From Hydrolagus affinis (Eukaryota): a DNA stretch of 59,055 nt. The stretch is taken from positions 124,001 through 183,055 of the forward strand of contig JAAILG010000043.1 in assembly GCA_012026655.1 (NCBI GenBank), read 5' to 3'. Within the stretch, counting starts at the first letter, position 1. Every line of letters begins with the position of its first letter. The notes under the pieces are model-generated. The model made no database searches and was not told the DNA's origin. It was given only the letters and a program-made list of their open reading frames with translations. A program made the translations under genes and the position numbers. Shown piece after piece: positions 25,675 to 39,330 of the stretch.

Positions 25675-26494
25675 ACCGAGGCCCCTCCTGATTGGCTCGC
25701 GTCAGTGCCTTCACGCTTCAGGCACTGGCTGCATCAACCTCAATGGTTGCACACTCCACCTCACCAAGCCAGTCAGGAACCTAGGTGTCTTGTTCGATCC
25801 TCAACTGTCTTTCCTCCCCCGCATCCAAGCCATGACCCGCTCTGCATGTCCTCACCTCCACAATATTGCCTGACTGTGCCACCCCTCAGGCCATTGAAAC
25901 CCTTATTCACGCCTTCATCACATCCCAGCTCGACTACACTGATGGCCTACTTGTCGGCCTTCCCAATTCCTCCCTCCATAGGTGCAAATAATTACTCCGG
26001 TCCGTGTCCTCTATCGCTCCAAGCTTCATGACTCCCATCTCCCCTGTCTTCACCTGACTCCATTTGCTTCCCATCACCTAGAGGATTAAATTCAAGATAC
26101 TGGTCCTCACCTTCAAAGCCCTCCATGGCCTCGCGAAACCCTACCTATGCGACCTCCTAACCCCCTAGCAACCTGCCCCACCCCCTCTGCTCAGCAGGCT
26201 CTGGCCTGCTCCACGTTCCCTGACCCACCCCTCCCACTATTGGCAGACGAGCCTTCAGCCACTCTGCCCCCAACATCTGGAACTCCATCCTGCAATCCCT
26301 CCTCCTTGCCCTTTCCCTAGCCTCCTTCAAGTCCCGCCTCAAGAGCCTCCTCTTCAAGCATCCCTTCGGTCACCCCAAATCCCCCCCCCGTTTCCTCTAC
26401 CCTCCGCGTCGCTTACCCCAACTCGGATCTGAAACAATTGACTGTCCAGCGCCCTGGGACGTCCTCCTGATACGAAAGGTGCTATACGAGTGTA

Positions 26495-26521
<27 letters not shown>
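25675..26521 (+). mobile_element. 5'-truncated L2-clade LINE (RT C-terminus, 3' UTR, (GTT)n tail)
   Basis: Degenerate TEA/LLIG...VRNLGVLFDPQLSF...IKFKILVLTFKALHGLAKPYL; 3' stem-loop and (GTT)n. Confidence 0.9.
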
Positions 26522-26525
<4 letters not shown>

Positions 26526-28410
26526 CCAGCCAGCCCCTCAAATCAATCTTCCTGCTGTCAAAAGGCAACGTAGGTACCAGTTCCGAGAACCAACAACAAC
26601 AACACTTCGACCATTTCAATATGGTCTGTGCTAGATCAACATCCGGAACCAAGTACAGTACTGTATAGTTAGTTAAAATTATACCTGATCTGTGGCCGAG
26701 AAGTGGCTTGCTGCAGGAGGTCCTAAATAAACAGGCTTCACAACTTCAGATGACTCAAGCATCACAACGCCCTCCCAGTAGGAAGTTAAGACACCCAATC
26801 AGAGCTCAGCCACGATAATCAGTTTAGCACCTTAACAAGCAGGACATGAGCCGTTCGACCTCTGCAACACATGGTTAAGCTGTTAATCCACATCCATTGA
26901 TGGGAAACTTCCGAACTGTGCTGCAAAAACAAGAAAGCCATGGAAATGTCCTTCATACCGAGCCTGTGGTTCAGCAATAGAACTCTCTTGTCAATTTATT
27001 TTTTTGCTTTGATGGTTTTCAGAAATCACAAACGTCATTGTTTTGTGAAAATAATAACAATGATAATCTTGCGGTTGACACAGTTTTGGAAGGATGTCTT
27101 AAAGTGCTTCCAAAATGCTCAACCGTCGGGACTAATTGTTCCAAATGTAATATTGCACTTAAACTAACAGAATGAAAATGCCGTTGATTTAATCTATGGG
27201 AGTTGAGTGAAATCTTTCTCAATCACTAACTTTGTTGCTAATTAGTAATCCATGAAAACATACCTCTGCCCGCTTTTAATATGTTAAGTCTCAAGCCCTA
27301 TTGTTTATTTTGTCTTTCACAATCCAAGACTAAATTTTAATTGTTATATTTATTGTGGTATAATAATCCTTGCATTTGATATTACATCAACATGTCAGTT
27401 ATCTAACGTGTGTTAAAGCGATTCTAAGGTATTTGCTGTAAAATTAAGTATTTGTCACTCAACAAGCTTGTATGGGCTCTGACATTGTGACACTGCCTGG
27501 TGTGGAGGGCACTGTTTAAATGCAAGTTGTTGTTGTTGTTATTGTTGTAGGCGGACCGGTAGTCAGTTTGCACATAGCAACATCCCACAAACAACCATCA
27601 GGTGCATTGTAAATCAATGAATCACCGTGAACATTTGTGACCCTTTCAGCTCGGAGGTTGCCAGCCAGGATACCAAGATAAATTCCTCTTTCGTTTGATC
27701 TTTGCGTTGTTGGTTTGGAAGTAAAGGTGGTAAATTTGTCACATGTCAGAAACATGATCAAATCTGCTTTGATACTTCACAGATTTTCCTCCCTTTTGAC
27801 TTTGTGCTTCATTACCCAGCAAATCAAAATACAGATAGGAAATGGAGATGAATACAGAATAGAGAGTGAGAAAGTGTTTTAAATCTCTCATTTTTAATCA
27901 TTAATCTAATAGATTTTTCAGTTAATAGAACAAAGCTATTCTGGACATCTCAGTAGCTTTATCATTGTAATATTGCAGTTTTTTCAGTTAAGGCTGCTGG
28001 GAGATCAGAATTTGGCTGTTTCGTTGGCAAGTTAAAGGTTAAATATTATCCACAAAGCATCACATCAAAACTATCTACTCCCAAGCAAATGGTAATAAAA
28101 TATCCAATGCCGGTGATGGAGCTTATAGCATAATCATATGATAGAAGACATTCGTTCCAGATATCATGCTTAATTTCCCCATTGCAGTTAACTTTAGTGT
28201 AAAAAAACCCTTTACATATTAAACAGAGCAGTTCAAGTGCAGTTCTATGTGTATTAATGAAACAGTAATAATTTCAGACAGGAATGGAACATCAGCATCA
28301 CCTGGCCATTACCCATCCAATTTCCAGAAGATTCCTTCAATGAATCGAACTCGAAACCTAATAACCTTGAATCCTCCGAGTTGACATGAACTATTTGGTT
28401 CCTCTGCAAA

Positions 28411-28718
28411 TGGAATGCTCAGTGGTTAGACCACTTGCCTTAGCAGTGTGAGACCTGTGTTCGAATCCAGGCAGGTCAGAGCGAAACCTTGGGCAAGTTT
28501 CCTTACTCCACACCCCTACCAATAATTATTCCCCCCACACAAAAAAAATTGGTCATTTCAATCCATGACTGTTTGGGATACTGCTATGCACAATTGGCTG
28601 CCACGTTTCGCCGACAAGTATACAGTCAATTCACTTTACAGTATATTTTGTGAAGTGCTTTGAGAAGTCTAGAAGACGTGAAAAGCGCTGTATCAAATGC
28701 AAGGATTATCATTATTAT
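28411..28718 (+). mobile_element. tRNA-derived SINE (same family as 18045)
   Basis: gctcagtggttaga...gttcgaatccaggcaggtcagagcgaaa...aatgcaaggattat. Confidence 0.88.
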
Positions 28719-29199
28719 AACCCATTTTTCACCATCTGCTTAAAAAACTTTACTTTAAAAAAGTATCTATTTCTTATTGTCGTCCTTGCTTGTTCATGAA
28801 TTTTGGCTGCAGTGAATAAATGTATCCGAACCCAAGGCTTTGAAACTCTTCCTGATTTTCAACATCTCAACTGAGTTTCAGTCAACGTTTAACCTATTGA
28901 ACATAAATAAAAAAGGCAGAAAGTTGATAAAGTGTTCTGCATTCATTTTAAGTTTCAAGTGCAAAGCCACGAATGATATAACAAATAATATTTTTCATAT
29001 GAGTCCGTGACCTGAATCCTTTCGCTCTCCTCTAGAAGGGACTTTGAAAGAAACCATCAGGTCAAATGGTAGTGAACCAACCAGGTGAGAAGACCTGAAT
29101 TATAATAGTATTCCTTGCATTTGATAAAGTATCTTCTCACATGATCTTTGAAATTGCCTTCTCTTTTTGAACAGCATCATGGGATCTTTAATGGCATTA

Positions 29200-29530
29200 A
29201 GTGTTTAATACAGCATTTTTCAGGTCAGGAGGATATCTCAAAGTGCTCCATAGGAGTTTCTGTAAATGCAGTGACTGTGTATTTTGTAGGCAAATACAGC
29301 AGCCAATTTGCAGACACTAATGCTGACAAATAACCATAACATGAATGGCCAATTTTATCTGAGGGAATGTTGGCCAGGACACTGGGAGAAACTCCAGTCT
29401 TTATTCAACGTGCCATGGGATCTATAATATCCACCTGAAAACAGGTAGACAGGACCTTGGTTTAACATCTGAGCCAGGCTGACACACAACCTATTGAGCT
29501 AGAGGAGAGGGCAAATGTTACCAACTGAAT
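29200..29530 (-). mobile_element. Deu-domain SINE
   Basis: gttggccaggacactgggagaaactcc...tgccatgggatct...ccacctga...ccttggtttaacatct. Confidence 0.7.
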
Positions 29531-30158
29531 CACACTGTAGTTTTGATTCCTTCGACAGGAAATGTTTAAAGGATGAACAGATTGATTTGTTTGAGATAAT
29601 AAAGGCAATCAACAAGGTAGATGGAAGATAGGAGATGGTTCTTCATGAAGAGTTGATTGAGCTGTTTAAAGGCAGTAGATAGGTGCTTGGAAAGTAAGGG
29701 ATTTTTTGGAAAAGGACAAAGTAATAATAACATTACACTGTAGAGTTACTTTGATCTTATTAAAAGGTGAGCAGGTTGGATGGGCCAAACATCCTAGCCC
29801 TGTTTCGATGTAAAATCTGCAAATATTGACCATTGCACAGAAAATATATACTCCCATTATTTTTGTATGATAGCACAAGCCAGTACTCTGACTAAATTGG
29901 TTAACAATGTTAAGAGTTTCCAGCATAAAAATAAAAGAAAACTGAAGCACACAAAAATAAGACCAGATGTATTATATAAAAAAAATCACTCCATGAAATG
30001 GAGCTTCAGGATATATGGCAGAGGGACTTGGATACATGTAACCAGCCCTTGCGTCTCTGTGCTCTAGGTTGCTGTCAGTAATCTGATCCATATCACATTG
30101 AACGGAAAGGTTTTTCTCTCGTGGTCAATTTATTATCATTTTCATCTCTCAGTCTTTA

Positions 30159-30464
30159 AATAATAATGATATTAATCCTTACATTTTGTACAGCGCTTTT
30201 CACTTCTAGACGTCTTCTAGACGTCTCAAAGTTCTTCACAGAATATACTGCAAAGTGAAGTGATTGAATATTTGTGAGCGTAACAGAGCAGCCAGTTGCA
30301 TCCAGCAGTGTCACATAAACACTCGTGGATTGAAATTATCAATTTATTATTGTTTTATAAAGGATTCTTATCAGGCGTGTGGAGGAAACAAACTTGCTGA
30401 GGTTTTGCCCTACTTGGAGTTGAACCCAAGGCGAGTGCTATACACACTGAGCTACAGGACTCCA
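30159..30464 (-). mobile_element. tRNA-derived SINE
   Basis: Head ctgagctacaggactcca at the right end; tail at the left end. Confidence 0.8.
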
Positions 30465-30612
30465 CATGACTAAAACTGAACTACTGTTATTGTGGGATCT
30501 CAACTGATGTGTTCACAAATATTGAGAATATTGAATTCTATCAATGATTGGATGTGCACCACATTGATTCATGGTACGTCCATTCCAGCACACCTCCATG
30601 ACATTTCATGGG

Positions 30613-30711
30613 ACACACACAAACACAGACAAACACACACAAACAGATACCTCCACACAGACACACACACACACACACTTACACATACATACATACACAC
30701 ACACACACACA
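30613..30711. repeat. Imperfect (CA)n microsatellite
   Basis: Directly visible. Confidence 0.9.
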
Positions 30712-30933
30712 TATGGTTACTAGTATAGATTCAGTATTTATAAACCTGTTGATATCCTGCTGCTTTTTAGAAATCTCATGCCCCATGCCCCACTTTCCTA
30801 GTACTTACTACCCCACATCCAGAAAGTGCAGAAAGAAATAATGTGTGATTCCTTTCCATGAGAGTAAAGTGACAGAATTTTGAGTTTTACATTTCAGGAA
30901 CATTTTGCATCCATAGCTCACCAGCCTGATATG

Positions 30934-31388
30934 ATAATAATAACAATAATGATAATCCTTGTAATTGATCTAGCATCTCTAATGTCGGCAGCATGTGTCT
31001 CAAAGAGCTTCACAGAAGTTACGATGCAGTGTAGTGACCGTGTATTTTGTAAGCAAATGCAGCAGCCAATTTTCTTACAGCTGTGTAAGATGTGTCACAA
31101 ATTTCACAAATCGCTTTTATCAGGCAGATTGTTGGCCAAGACATGGTGAAGAAACATCCTTCTGTTTTTGAACAGTGCGTGTAAATTATTTATGGGATCT
31201 TTTCGTGTCCACCTGAACAGACGGAAGGCACCTCGGCTGAACGTCTCAGCTGCAGAATGGCATCTCTGACAGCACACTTCATTGGAGTGTCAGTTTAGAC
31301 TGTGCGAGTTCAAAGAGCCAACATTGGGTGTGAGCCCATAACCTTCTGACACTGAGGCGAGAATGGTAGCAACCGAGCCTGACCGACA
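30934..31388 (-). mobile_element. Near full-length Deu-domain SINE
   Basis: tRNA-like head, central atgggatcttt...ccacctga...cctcggctgaacgtctca, and (ATT)n tail. Confidence 0.75.
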
Positions 31389-32066
31389 TCTATGTGCATT
31401 CCAGCGCTCGCTGAAGAGAGTGCTGATAATTACATGTCAGGATGCATTATCAAAAACCTGCTGAAGGCCAGTTTGTACCTTAAGTCTTTGCAGCACTTAA
31501 ATTTTTTTTATTAGAAATTGTCTGCTCAGATGATTTACGTTGTACAGCACCTCTACCCAGTTACAGCTGGATCTTGGCTTCAGTACTTGTACACAGTGGT
31601 TGGTAAATTTATAGTAAAAGTGGAAACAAGAAGCCCATTCTCTTCTAATGAAGCTGATGCAAAACATCACCATTTTCCCCTTTTATATAATGAGACTTGG
31701 TGTGTGAGTGTGTATGTGTGTGCTGGGGAGTATGTTGATTTGATTTGATTCAATTTTCCTCTGTTACTGCTTAAAGCAGCGACTTATGTAAGATGTTTGT
31801 GAAGAGAAAATTATTGGACACGTGTCATCTGTTTCAAGGAAGCTGAAAATAATTTGCAGCCTGTGATCAGCCCCTATTTCTTCCATCTTTTCAAAGAACT
31901 AAACCAGTGGGTGGGGAGCTCTGAACCACGCCTTGGCAAGTCCTCCCAACATGAAAGGTGCTCTATAAATGCAATGTTGTTGTTGTTGTTGAACAATAAT
32001 TTACACAAGATGTTCATATCCACACTGAACTGATCAAACCAATCGATCCAATGGCATGATAACTCA

Positions 32067-32383
32067 TGGAGTCCTCCAGTTAGAGAACTCACCTTGCAAG
32101 TGAGAGACCTGGAGTTGATTCCTGGCAGGGCAAAGATTCCTTACTCCACAAGCCTCTGTTTATTAGGAACCCGGTTTTTAGTCGATTGGCAGATTGCTTT
32201 TCCAGGGGTAATCATTCCTTAAAATAAAATGGGTCACTTCAATCAAAGACTGTTTATGGGAAACAGTTGTGTGAAACCCGCCTGCTGCATTTCGCCCACA
32301 AAATATATAATTAATTAACCACATTGAGATGTCTCGAATATGTGATAAAACATTGTATCGAATGCAAGAATTATTATTATTAT
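32067..32383 (+). mobile_element. tRNA-derived SINE
   Basis: tggagtcct head, ctcac-cttgcaa-gtgag anticodon arm, (ATT)n tail. Confidence 0.8.
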
Positions 32384-34459
32384 ACTAACCAGAGTTACAC
32401 AAGCTCCAAATACAAAAGGTTAGGCTTTATAATCTAACAGGAGGAATTACATTTGTCGCTGAACAGGGAACAGGGTAGATTTGTCCAACATTTCCCAGCC
32501 TTTGGGCATCTAGGTTGGCAAGTTTGACACAGCTTGTAATCCATGCTTTGTTTCAGAGCCTAGATTCAAATATTCAAGGACAATTGTTTTCCTGTCCACA
32601 ACGAAATTATATCAATTACCTTTTGGACACTGTGTGTATATAGTGGCTCCAATGCGTGCCAGGCACTTCTCTTGATTTTATAGCTTATTAATGTTTGTCT
32701 TAAAACTTTCGCTTTCATAACAGGATTTTCAGGCTCAGAGTTTTATTTTTTTTATAAGCTTACAAAAATCATAAAAACAACTAGCATTTATATTGCACCC
32801 TTTGCACAGGATTAATTTACACAGTGTAATCTTAGATGATTGCATTGGCTAAACTTCAGATGAAAAATTTGAACAAAGTCTTCACTGGTGAAGTGAAGAG
32901 CCTCAGGGGTATTGCACTGTTTCAACTGATCATTAACAATTTTTACACTTCATAGTGTTTGACATATACATTGCTCATCACTGGAGCAAATTAACCAATT
33001 GTCGATCAACTTGCATAGGACTGTCACTTTAAATTTGCCGTGAATGAATACGTGAGCAATTGAAGCTACAGAAAGAGCCTGTTCTGTCAAATAGTGGGAT
33101 GTGCACGATACCACACAGAACTGTCTGGCAAAGTGCCCTCATAAAAACAGGGACTTTAAACATAGCAATAATTGAATGGCCTTCAGTTTAACACCGTGTC
33201 CATCCCTATTCCATGCAGTTCCTAACAAGAGCATCTTACTGTCAGTTCCTATCAATTATTGTGCTGGCTTTGCTGATAAAGCCAACAGTTCTATTAAGCA
33301 AAGGCAATTATAGAATTATTTATGCTTCTGAATGTGAGTTAGTACATTTTTCTACATGTTAAAGCTGTTGAATAGCAGGCTTTATTGAAAGTCTGTGCTG
33401 AAGCCACGATTCCCTTTGGACTGTCGGGCAATTTTCAAGACAGCTCACATTTCATTTTGCTCAGTTGATGCCTTTTATTGGAACTTACAATGCCATTTCC
33501 CAGTACTACCAATACCTATTTCAGGGTTTTCTTTTATAGCGCAGTGGATAATAGGTCATTGTGATTTTAAACATAAACCCAAAGAATGACAAAAACAATT
33601 ATATTTTCAATCTGAATTTCCAATGCTATGGATATAGTAGTATAATAGATTTCATTGCTAAGGAGAGTCTGACTTTGTATTGTGATAATTATAGGGTAAC
33701 TGTAACACAACTTAGTACACCTTGATTTAACCTTTATCTCCTTAGCTTGTATGATCCTCTCTGTAACCATAACAAATATGCTGGGAGTCATACAAATACA
33801 CGGCACCGCCATCCTCCACAAGGACGGAATAATTATGTTTATTTAAACAAAAAGTGAGTTTGAAGAATAATATCATTGTTTACATTTGAATAACAAATTA
33901 GATTTAAAACACAGCAAATGTAAGATTTGCTTACATTTACAAGCCTCGAAATTCTACCCAACCTTAGCCCATCACCTGGAAAAAATATAAGATTGTGTTG
34001 AACTGTGGACAACTCTTAAATTCAGTCTTCATTTGAAATTTGAAAGCTGTTTTTCTGCAGTTCTTAAAGAGGCAACCCAGAGATTCCTTAAGAACTTAAA
34101 GCAATGTAGTGCTGCCCAAGATTGATTAAATTTGAGGCACAAATTGGGGGCAGAAAAAGCAGTTTGAAGCATCAAGTATTCATAATGAGCAGTCAGCTGG
34201 TCATTCATGCATAGAACACAAAAAAGCAGTCTATAGTTCTCTGAAATACTCTAGAATTAATTTCCAAGCTGCATTCCCTGAAGCCGAATTTCTACTTATT
34301 GTGCAGAATGTTAATGCCACGTTTTATAATATTTGTTATTTTTAGATTTGTCAAAGACAGTGTGAGTTCCTTTTTAATTTTCTTTTATGGATTTTCTATC
34401 AGGTGACAGATTAATGGAGCTATCGATTTGCGTAGATAAATATGAGAGAGTAGTGTAAG

Positions 34460-34630
34460 GTGTCCGCTTGGTTCAGTTGACTCTTGCTTCTGTGTCTGAA
34501 GGTTGTGGGTGTAAGTCTCATGTTGGGACTTGCTGCTCGTAATCCAGAAGGTTGACACTCCAGTACAATACTGAAAGAGCACAGCAATGTCAGAGATTCT
34601 GTGCTGTAAGTGAGATATTAAAGTGTGTCT
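34460..34630 (+). mobile_element. Deu-SINE 5' fragment
   Basis: gaaggttgtgggt...gacactccagtacaatactga...tgtcagag. Confidence 0.55.
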
Positions 34631-35191
34631 TTTTTTAAATTTCTTTTGGCATTTTGGAATAACTACTAAATGGCCTTCGCTGAATTCAAAGTACTGTATA
34701 CATTTACAGGATTTAGGTAATTTCTCCAAAGGGAATCGCCCTCTTAATTTGTGACACAGAATGTTACAACAATGAAACAAGGCAAAAATATAGAATGCCT
34801 TAGTCCACAGTATTTCAGAGTAAAGCTGAAATCTTCTTAGTAAGTGATAAAGCCAATTACATTTTGAAATATTATCCCTTGAGTTCCAATGTTTTAAACC
34901 CACAACATCCTAACGAAAGTTGCATTATTATTCCCCACCCACTATAATTGCAGATATTGACACATTTGTTCTGTCTGCACTTTTACTATCAGCACAAACC
35001 ACGGCTAACCGGAGGCAATCTCAGTCCATGCTAGTGGTGCTCTTGGCTTTGGGTGTGAGGAGATGTCCTTTGGTTAAAAAAAACAAGGCATTTCTTACCA
35101 AAAAGTTTGGTGAGTGTGTTTGGTTAGTCATGGCTCTTTGTGGGGCACTGCTTTTGTTCACTAAAATAACTGCTGTGTTTGCTTACAGATA

Positions 35192-35520
35192 ATAATAAAT
35201 AATAATAATAATCCTTGCGTTTATTATAGCACTTTTTACATCTTCTGGATGTCTCAAAGCACATCACAGAATATACTGCAAAGTGAATTGACTGCATACT
35301 TGTGGGCAAAACGCAGCAGCCAATTGCGCACAGCAGTGTCCCACAAACAATCGTGGATTGAAATGACCAACTTAAAAAAAAATTGGAGAAAATATTATTA
35401 GACATGTGGAGTAAGGAAACTTGCCCAAGGTTTCACCCTGACCTGCCAAGATTTGAACATGCTTGTAAGTCTCATGCTTGCAAGTCGAGTTTTCTAACCA
35501 CTGAGCTACAGGACTCCATC
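35192..35520 (-). mobile_element. Full-length tRNA-derived SINE
   Basis: Reverse complement of the 18045 family; acagata on both flanks. Confidence 0.9.
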
Positions 35521-36279
35521 ACAGATATATAATATAGTCAAATCTACCCTTTATAGTCATTACCTTTTATAGTAAAATCTGTGAAGCTCTTTGAAATGTT
35601 CAGATGTAATACGTCAAATAAAATGTATTATTACTATTATTGCTATTTTGATTTTTTTAATATCCCCAATTTTTTTTATTTTAAAAATCCTACACCCAGT
35701 TCAATCTAGTGCTTTCAAATTTATCATTTATAACTTTCATAACTGAAAATGTCATCATAAATTATAGCTCATTGAAAAATCTAGCTTAGGATAAGCGAAA
35801 CAAAATCAAACATATTGTGATTTCCAATAAAGGGAGTGTCTTCTTATTTATTATCTCCGAAGGAGGAACGATTGCATTGGAATCCGAGCTGTAAATATAA
35901 ACATCATGTTGTTTAGAGATGGGGAGGATTTACTTTGACTAAATCTACTTAAAGGTTTGGGACAACTCTGTATTTACAGAGCTTTGCGACTCCAGCTGGA
36001 GCCAAGTGGAGCAGAAAGCAGGCAAGAAATTCCAGGGCAATAATAACACAGAGGGCATGTTTCGGTAGACCTACAGCTGTCAAAATGGGCCTAATGCAAA
36101 GCAGATTTCTAAAAGAATTGCAGTATAAGTAAAATGAACAAGTCGAACGTGGAAATATTCCATCACCACCTTTGCAGTCAGTATTTGTTTGTATACGATA
36201 TGGTAAAAATTCGGGCATTGTAACTGTTTTGTCCCCTCAATTGCTGTGAATGATAGTGAATGATTGCCCCCAAAACTCT

Positions 36280-36480
36280 GGAACACCCTTCTTTGATCCC
36301 TATGCTTTCCACCTTCCTTCCCCATTTTCAGGTCGCGCCTCAAGACCTCCTTATTTGACTGTGCCTATAGTCACTTCCCTCTCACCCACCTCCGCCATTG
36401 TCAAGCGCTCTGGGACGCCATCCTACACGAGCGGAGCTTTATAAACGCACCTAAATTGCTTTATAAATTGTTGTTGTTTT
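36280..36480 (+). mobile_element. L2 3' fragment
   Basis: ctctttgatc-like UTR, agcgctctgggacg stem-loop, ttgttgttg tail. Confidence 0.6.
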
Positions 36481-38889
36481 ACGAGTTATCCAAAGAAGTG
36501 AGAACCTCCACCTAATACAGTATAAAACTATAATAAATTATTAATCCAATCAAGGCAGAAAATAAACACACAAGTAGACAGATTCAATATTCATACAAGT
36601 TATTAAAATATTTAAACTGTCTGACTGTTGAAACTTTTCCCCCATTACTGAGTGATCTTTCCAACCAACAGTTTAGTGCACATTTACTGTATGAGTGGGA
36701 AATGGCACTTGTATCATTTGCCTTCATGGCGATCGCCTCACCCAATTTGTCGAACGAGATGAACTGATTTAGAATCATACTCATTACCCTGTCCTCCTGG
36801 TATTGAATGATCTTGGTGAAGACTAAAGATTTATATACAATTGTTCTTATTTTTAGGATCAGTGGTATGGGCTATGTGATGGACTACATGAAGACAGTGA
36901 AATTTATGCTACTAAATTGGATTAAAAGAGTAAGCTTCACATAGCACATTACAGAGTTTCATAGTGAAGTGGAAAGACTGTATATTTGTTAGCAACTGTG
37001 GGATAGGAATGTTCATTAAATATAAGTTGCAAGGTTGAACTTTACTTTTCAAGTCTTGTTTTATGCTTGTATCCTTATGATGAAGGACATGGCTTCCCTC
37101 TATGTCTATGTGGTGTGAGGTATGCTAAATGCAGGTAACACTCAAAGTTTCCTTGCCTGAAGATGCAGTCAGTCTAATATTGAATTAACTGTGTCGCTAT
37201 TATCTGAAAAGCTTTGGTGAATAATCAATAATTGTACTTAAGTTATTATTTTTCACCTCTGCTAATGGACAGCCTTCCATTCAGTATACCTTTCTGTTTC
37301 ATATTGCAATATGCATTACTTAGCAGTTATCTGCCTTAAAAATGGTCAGCCCATGCCTTGACCTGAGCACAGTTAGTCCAGTTCTGCATCCTGTTTATCT
37401 TCCTGCTATTATTGATTATTCAGTTTGCACATAAGCACAATTTATATTACGAGAAACGTTCACCCCAAAGTCATTAATGAATGCTAAGTATTCCAAAATG
37501 GAAACTTACAGGATTACATCAGTCATTGGATGCATTTTTTTCCATTTATTCGTGACTTTCAGCTCACTGTTTCTAATCCAACCAGGAAATCTCGAACTAA
37601 TTTTGTTAATTTTAATACCCATAAAAGTATTACATGTGGAATGGAACTTTATCAAATACTGTACATTTTGAAAATTCATGTAAATAATAAGCACTGGATA
37701 TGATATTAAATCATCTATCACTTTAGCTTTTTTTTAAGAGTTCCTTTAGATTCAGAAGAATGAACCACAGCTTCTAGATCCACATTGACTGTGATGGATG
37801 GCTTCTTACAGGGGCAAAAACTGACATGAAATAATGGGCTGAATGGCCTCCAATTGAGTTGTACATTTCTGTGGTTCTATGGACTATTGTTTATAGCATC
37901 TATGCCTTTTAAATGCATATTAATTTCATCTTGTATAAAGATCTCTAGCATTTTCCTATTTACCAATGTTAGACTAACCACTCTACCATTTCCATAGTTG
38001 TGCCTGAACTCCTTTGTTGATCAGTGGTAAAGCTACACAAGGCTTCCAAAAATATAAGCTAACACCTCATCCAGTTCCTTAAACATCATCCCATTTGGCC
38101 TGATTTTTTTTTACACATTAAATTATGCAAGTTTCTACGTAACATATATCTAGTGATACCCCACTGTGTGAAAAATTCTTGAGGGAAGGCATCTGGATAT
38201 GAGTATTGGAAAAGATCTAAACTGGGTGTAGCTGACAAGTCGCATGGTCAAATAGTCTGCCAACATTAAATCTTTAATGTTATAAGTGAAGGGTGCGATT
38301 TTGATGAGGTTCTGGAGAGCTCCTGGTGTTCATGTGATCAGAACCAAACATGAGTCAGTGCCTTCAAGGCAGAAACAGAGAAAATCAGGGGCAAAACAAA
38401 ATACAGTACCATAATTCTTTGAATGCGTGACTCTGACATTTAATACACGTTTCCCTCATATTTCTGGAGGAAGTGCGCAACTATTGATCTGTATGATCTT
38501 CAAATGACTGTAGCTGTTCCTTATCGCCCAGATCCTGCAAGAGTAATAATGTTAACCTTTTCCTATTCATCATAAAGTAAATGAGAGCTGTATACAATAC
38601 AAATGTATTCAATACAAATCCTTACATGTATGGTATGTTTGAGAAATATTCTTTCTATTGTGTGGGGATCAATATAGTGTCTGTGGCAAAATTTAAAGGC
38701 ATACAAAATCTGTTGAGGGAACTTCTATGTTAAGCATGTAATTTCTTTGAGGGAACTTAAATATTTCTTTGTAAAGATCTCCTATCTTCTCAGTTTCTTT
38801 TGGATTAATCCAAGTAATACTTTGTATTTACCTGGAGGGAAGACTAAGTAGATTTCTTAATGTTAGCTTTATTATTTGTTCTTCTTAAT

Positions 38890-39330
38890 AATAAAAATCC
38901 TTGTATTTGATATAGCTTCTTAGTTCTTACCATATTGTCAAAACGTTTGAAAGTGCTTCACGGGATTTACTGTAAAGTGTAAATTGTAAGTGCAGCAGCC
39001 AATTTACGCACATCAATGTCTCACAAACAGCCGTGAAATGAATAATCAATTTTGTTAGGAGAATTGCTGATATAAAACCAGGAGAAACCAGGATGGCACC
39101 TTTGATGATGCAGGATTTCTCCAGCATTGCAGTGGACTTTCAAGGTCCCCCGGGTAAAAATAAATTAGTCATTCATTTCATGCGGGTTGTTTGTGAGACA
39201 CTGCTGTGCGCAAATTGGCTGCCACGTTCACCAACAATTAAGCATACTTCACAAGAGAAAGCTCTGGACAGCCCTGTGAGATAGTTTGACCTGATAAAGC
39301 ACTATATCAAACGCAACGATTTTTATCATT
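38890..39330. mobile_element. Two divergently oriented SINE 3' halves
   Basis: Minus copy at ~38890-39100 and plus copy at ~39160-39330, both with the gtgcg(c/t)aaattggctgc core. Confidence 0.6.

Noticed and set aside
25588-26357. Several ORFs of 66-147 aa
   Set aside because: Frames of a decayed L2 LINE.
28270-28405. Segment open in several frames with possible splice sites
   Set aside because: No frame can be favoured, and it abuts a SINE head.
30492-30841. His/Thr-rich ORFs
   Set aside because: Translation of the (CA)n microsatellite.
34385-34903. 172-aa minus-strand ORF
   Set aside because: Runs antisense through a SINE fragment; no recognisable protein features.
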